Assembly: GCA_043228905.1 (NCBI GenBank)
Contig: JBHGNT010000010.1
Location: 15,624,001 to 15,688,000, forward strand
Length of the DNA stretch: 64,000 nt
Direction of reading: 5' to 3'
Source: Azolla caroliniana
Lineage: Eukaryota; Plantae; Polypodiophyta
Part shown: piece after piece, positions 62,802 to 64,000 of the stretch
How the letters are laid out: each line of letters starts with the position of its first letter
Numbering within the stretch: position 1 is the stretch's first letter
Notes under the pieces: generated by a model
What the model was told of the DNA's origin: nothing
Database searches by the model: none
What the model saw: only the letters and a program-made list of their open reading frames with translations
Translations under genes and position numbers: made by a program

Positions 62802-64000
62802 GTAATGCTCTCCCTTATTATGTCTCATTTTTCCAAATTGACACATGCCTTTTTTATAAGTTTAATGAGGAAATATTTATGTGCTAATTAATAATATAAG
62901 TAATAGAATGGAAGACTATAAACTCTGCAAGGAGGTTTATAAGGATTAGTAATTCTACATGTGACTAAAACAACGTTTTCTGTGACCACCTCCTTCTTTC
63001 ACAAAAGAAATGAATAGAGAAGACAAGACATAGGCAGGAAATTCTGCATTGCAGAATAATGGGTTAAGAGTGCGAACTACGACAACAGGAGCGAAAGCTC
63101 TCAACTACATCTGGCCTATGATAAGGAATATTGGCTGAAGGAGAAGAGATTTCACAGGTCCAAACTGAGATGTATTTTATAATTGGTTGGTGGAGAAGGA
63201 TGTGGCTCTATTTTTAGTGCCACACCTTATAACGGGAGCAAAAGCTCTTTCCTACAGGTGGCTGATGAGAAGTAACAGAGGAATGATAATGAATATTGGA
63301 TGAAGTAGAAAAGACTCCACAGGTCCAAACTTAGATGTGTTTTATAATTGATTGGTTCAGAAGGATGTGGCTCTATTTATAGTTCCACAACAACTATGGT
63401 TTGGCTGGAAAGATAGCTTGGGATTGTTGGAAAAGATAGGGGAGGATTAATAGAAAAAGTTAGGGAAGGATTTTTAGGTCATGTGCTGCCTTGTCGCCTT
63501 TATTGTCTCTGAAATGCAACGAGGCTGTGAATGACTTGCCTTCACATCAGGGACAAAGATCCACTAAGTGATTGAAATTGGGCCTCTAGGTTACCTCAGG
63601 GGAGATTTCACATTGTGAGGGTGATAATATGTGGGAGAAGAGTTCCAGTGATTATGCAGTCCGGAACATAATGATTTTGTACTTCAATGTGTTTGGTATG
63701 TGCATGAGAAACTGGATTCTGTGCTATAGAAATGTATCTTTGACTATAATAATGGAGAATGGTAGCCCCAGATTGCAGACAATAATTCCTTTAAGAGATG
63801 TAGCCAAGTATTTTACGGGAGGCGTGATGAGCAACTCGATATTCAACAAATGTCTGCTGTTTCATGATATAGTTTCATAATCAAGGCTAAAAACTACATT
63901 AATAGTATCCTTGATTATTACAAAACTAGAGACTAAGAACCACATGCCTAAAAATTACAGACCACACCATCCATTGAGTGCATCTAGCATCCTCGCGATA

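Noticed and set aside
61155-63390. Short intronic direct duplications (~61158-61235 vs ~61275-61352; ~63090-63230 vs ~63235-63390)
   Set aside because: Ordinary decayed local repeats with no termini or coding signal.

Overview
Eukaryotic land-plant DNA, probably from a seed-free plant such as a fern or lycophyte. That is inferred from Tcn1-like and fungal-like Ty3/gypsy lineages, PLS-type PPR debris and a plant MON2 gene. Positions ~2-41 kb are a nest of transposons. Removing them at their target-site duplications (TSDs) restores one intron-containing, decayed gene in three pieces (1925-2987, 31856-32531, 39534-~40810). It encodes a ParB/Srx-like domain fused to a prokaryotic-type beta-class N6-adenine/N4-cytosine DNA methyltransferase, the most interesting item here. 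Two elements sit directly in that gene: a Tcn1-like chromovirus A (2988-31850) with a self-priming signature, and a tRNA-iMet-primed chromovirus C (32532-39528). Element A carries a GC-rich tRNA-Trp-primed gypsy B (3790-20732), a hAT transposon (23013-28637) and a solo LTR (30087-30735). B in turn holds a very young antiparallel relative B' with three LTR copies. To the right are PPR fragments, a solo LTR, a B-box-containing tandem array, and the 5' part of a multi-exon MON2 gene (from 45747, running off the window) whose introns hold RTE-like LINE pieces and a hAT MITE. All calls were made by reading the sequence; no database searches were run.
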